A stretch of DNA of 36,382 nt, from IMG/VR virus record IMGVR_UViG_3300037466_002047; one strand, 5' to 3'. Shown one piece after another: positions 34,484-36,382 of the stretch (position 1 is its first letter; every line of letters starts with the position of its first letter). A program made the position numbers and the translations under genes. The notes below the pieces were generated by a model, which searched no databases, was not told the DNA's origin, and worked only from the letters and a program-made list of their open reading frames with translations. This DNA is from an uncultured virus (IMG/VR IMGVR_UViG_3300037466_002047) (Duplodnaviria > Heunggongvirae > Uroviricota > Caudoviricetes).

Positions 34484-34516
34484 CCCTCTCCCGTCCGCTC
34501 CGCCCTCATGAATTAA
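34455..34516 (+). repeat. Cassette right motif, copy C, with tail
   Basis: CCAAGGCACGCCCGAACGATGACCGATG then CCTCTCCC..CGCTCCG..CATGAATTAA. Confidence 0.7.
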
Positions 34517-34519
34517 CCC

Positions 34520-34726
34520 ATGACCTCCCGCGTTCCAGCAACTCAAGCATCCATCAAGCGGCACATAGAGGCCGCTAGAAAGGCAGGCCTGACCGTCATC
34601 GGCATCAGGCCGGATGGAACCGTGCTTGTGAGCGACGGGGAAAATCCCGTCCTGGAGGCTTTACGTGACGACGTAACCCGGCATGATCCCGAGGCAGAAA
34701 AGTGGGCCATTCGCGAGCGCGCCTAG
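34520..34726 (+). CDS. Small integrase-associated protein, possible excisionase/RDF
   Basis: TQASIKRHIEAARKAG..IRPDGTV; immediately upstream of int. Confidence 0.55.
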   Translation: MTSRVPATQASIKRHIEAARKAGLTVIGIRPDGTVLVSDGENPVLEALRDDVTRHDPEAEKWAIRERA

Positions 34727-35826
34727 TGGACGTTGACCTGCCTTATTTGAGCGCGGAAAAATCCCGCCACGGGAAGGCGCGGCTCTATGTCCGCAAGAAC
34801 GGCCGGCGGATTCTGGTCAAATCGCCCAAAGGAAGCCCAGGATTCGCGCGGGAGTACGCAGCGGCTATCGAGGCCCTCGACAAGCTGAAAACGCAGCCAG
34901 TGAAGCCCCTGCCGTCCCTGCCCGCCCCGAAAAGCTTGGGCGCGCTGGCAATGCAGTATTTCGCCTCCTCCGAGTTTCGCGGCCTCGACGCGACCATGCA
35001 AAAGCGCCGCAGGTCGGTCATCGAGGAGTGCCTACGGGAAAAGCTCAACGACGACGCCCCCGAGGTATTCCGTGATTGCCCCTATGCCGTCATGGGGCCG
35101 GAGCACATCAGGCGGTTGCGTGACCTAAAAGCGGCAGAGATCGGAAAAAACGGCAAGGAAAAGGCAGGCGCGGCCAACAACCGACGCAAGTACCTGTCCT
35201 CCATGTTCGGGTGGGCTATCGAGGTCGGCAAGGCTCGTGCGAATCCCTGCCGGGAAGTTCGCAGGGTAAAATACGCCTCAGAGGGCTTCCATACTTGGAC
35301 GCTAGCTGAGGTCCGCAAGTTCACGGCGAAATGGCCGATTGGGACCAAGCCCCGTTTGGCGCTCGAACTCCTGCTCCTGACTGGCGCGCGCCGCGGCGAT
35401 ATGGTCACGCTTGGCCGCCAGCACGTCGAAGACGGCTGGATTCGGTACGTCCCGCAGAAAACACGCTACAAGCGCATGGAGCCGACCTATAAGCCGCTCC
35501 TGCCGCAACTCGCGGAAGTCATCGCGCAAAGCCCATGCGGCGATCTGACGTTTCTTGTCACGAGCTTCGGCAAGCCGTTCACGCCAGCCGGGTTCTCGAA
35601 CTGGTTTCGCGAGCGATGCAATGAGGCTGGCTTACCGCACTGTTCAGCGCATGGGCTGCGCAAGGCCGGGGCGACGATCGCGGCCGAATCCGGGGCGACG
35701 GAACAGCAGCTTATGGCGATATTCGACTGGACGACGCCTGCGCAGGCGGCGGTCTATACGAGGAAGGCAAACCGGAAAAAGCTGGCCGGCGGCGGGATGA
35801 AGCTGCTCGCCAGTGGATCGGACTGA
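34726..35826 (+). CDS. int: Tyrosine integrase
   Basis: LLTGARRGD (R), HGLRK (HxxR) and VYTR (Y); start GTG 34726 or 34702. Confidence 0.95.
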   Translation: MDVDLPYLSAEKSRHGKARLYVRKNGRRILVKSPKGSPGFAREYAAAIEALDKLKTQPVKPLPSLPAPKSLGALAMQYFASSEFRGLDATMQKRRRSVIEECLREKLNDDAPEVFRDCPYAVMGPEHIRRLRDLKAAEIGKNGKEKAGAANNRRKYLSSMFGWAIEVGKARANPCREVRRVKYASEGFHTWTLAEVRKFTAKWPIGTKPRLALELLLLTGARRGDMVTLGRQHVEDGWIRYVPQKTRYKRMEPTYKPLLPQLAEVIAQSPCGDLTFLVTSFGKPFTPAGFSNWFRERCNEAGLPHCSAHGLRKAGATIAAESGATEQQLMAIFDWTTPAQAAVYTRKANRKKLAGGGMKLLASGSD

Positions 35827-35836
35827 GAACGGATTT

Positions 35837-36017
35837 TGTCGCACCTTGGGCGCGGGTGACTGTCGCACCCACAAAAACCCAAATAAAATCAGTCTCTTGG
35901 AAATGTGGTGGCGGGAGCGACGGGGCTGCAAGTCCATGTCCCCGCCTAGACTTAGCTCTGTCGCACATGAACGTGAGACCGACGAAAACCCTTTGCATCC
36001 AGTTGGCATTGTCGCAC
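35837..36017. other. attP-like site: tRNA 3'-end core with arm repeats and an IHF-like site
   Basis: Core 35909-35927 reads AGCCCCGTCGCTCCCGCCA on the minus strand (tRNA-Asp-like 3' end); TGTCGCAC at 35837, 35861, 35959 and 36010; AATCAGTCTCTTG at 35887. Confidence 0.8.
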
Positions 36018-36030
36018 CTGGGGGCGCTCC

Positions 36031-36276
36031 TTATCGAGAAACGGGTGCGGACGAATTACGCAGCGCCGGGTGCAATCCGTCCTCGCTCTCAGAGCGGAAC
36101 ACTTCCAATCCGGCCGCGTCGAATGCTTTGGCGACTTGATCTTTCGGAAGAACGTCGGTTACCTGACCGCCGAACCGCGAGACGATGCAATAGGTGTCGT
36201 GAACCTGCACGACCTTCACGCTCTCATAGCCGCCGAAGTATCGCGTCGTGACCCGTTGGCCTTCGCTCACGTCCAT
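36031..36276 (-). CDS. Hypothetical protein (81 aa)
   Basis: GAGGA RBS; ATG at 36276. Confidence 0.6.
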   Translation of the reverse strand: MDVSEGQRVTTRYFGGYESVKVVQVHDTYCIVSRFGGQVTDVLPKDQVAKAFDAAGLEVFRSESEDGLHPALRNSSAPVSR

Positions 36277-36286
36277 AAAATTTTCC

Positions 36287-36382
36287 TCACCTGATACCGG
36301 GTTGGTGAACAATGTGCCGGTTAATCTCCGCGATCCGGCGTTTTGCATCGTCGCTCAGTTGCCAGTCGTAGAGACTGCCGGA
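36287..36382 (-). CDS. 3' end of a gene truncated by the window edge
   Basis: Open frame SGSLYDWQLSDDAKRRIAEINRHIVHQPGIR*. Confidence 0.45.
   Translation of the reverse strand, partial: SGSLYDWQLSDDAKRRIAEINRHIVHQPGIR

Larger units (their letters stand above)
1..36382. mobile_element. Temperate P22-like podovirus genome, near complete, probably in the non-integrated (attP) state
   Basis: Terminase, portal, scaffold, coat, tail, lysis, cI/cro switch, ERF/exonuclease and integrase in lambdoid order; no host housekeeping genes seen. Confidence 0.95.

Noticed and set aside
33837..34516. CRISPR array or canonical integron
   Set aside because: Repeats are degenerate and separated by whole genes; no cas genes, no attC consensus, and the integrase looks like an ordinary phage Int
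35906..35985. Complete tRNA gene
   Set aside because: Only the 3' 19 nt match; no D or anticodon arms, so it is treated as the att core
1..36382. Terminal repeat or direct circular join of the window ends
   Set aside because: The ends share no sequence and both cut through ORFs, so part of the genome is missing

Overview
The whole window is a nearly complete temperate podovirus genome with a P22-like head and tail. The host is most likely an alphaproteobacterium of the Hyphomicrobiales (Bradyrhizobium-like); this is inferred from a GapR/DUF2312 homologue, high GC and the gene content. Reading the minus strand from about 28.7 kb leftwards: cro-like gene, early genes (CHAP-like exported protein, DNA methyltransferase, DnaA-domain-IV protein, GapR-like protein, replication initiator, putative late regulator), terS/terL, portal, an inserted SGNH esterase, scaffold, P22-type coat, adaptor and hub, three ejection proteins, an HNH-AP2 endonuclease, tail fibre genes and a lysis cassette. 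Reading the plus strand from 28.8 kb: CI-like repressor, small accessory genes, YqaJ exonuclease with ERF, an HNH protein and a tyrosine integrase. After the integrase is an intact attP-like site (tRNA 3'-end core, arm repeats on both sides, an IHF-like site), suggesting the sequence is the free, non-integrated form. The most unusual observation is that three unrelated accessory genes in the left early operon are each bracketed by the same conserved left (~38 bp) and right (~28 bp) DNA motifs, like gene cassettes. All product calls come from motif recognition and synteny only; no database search was run.
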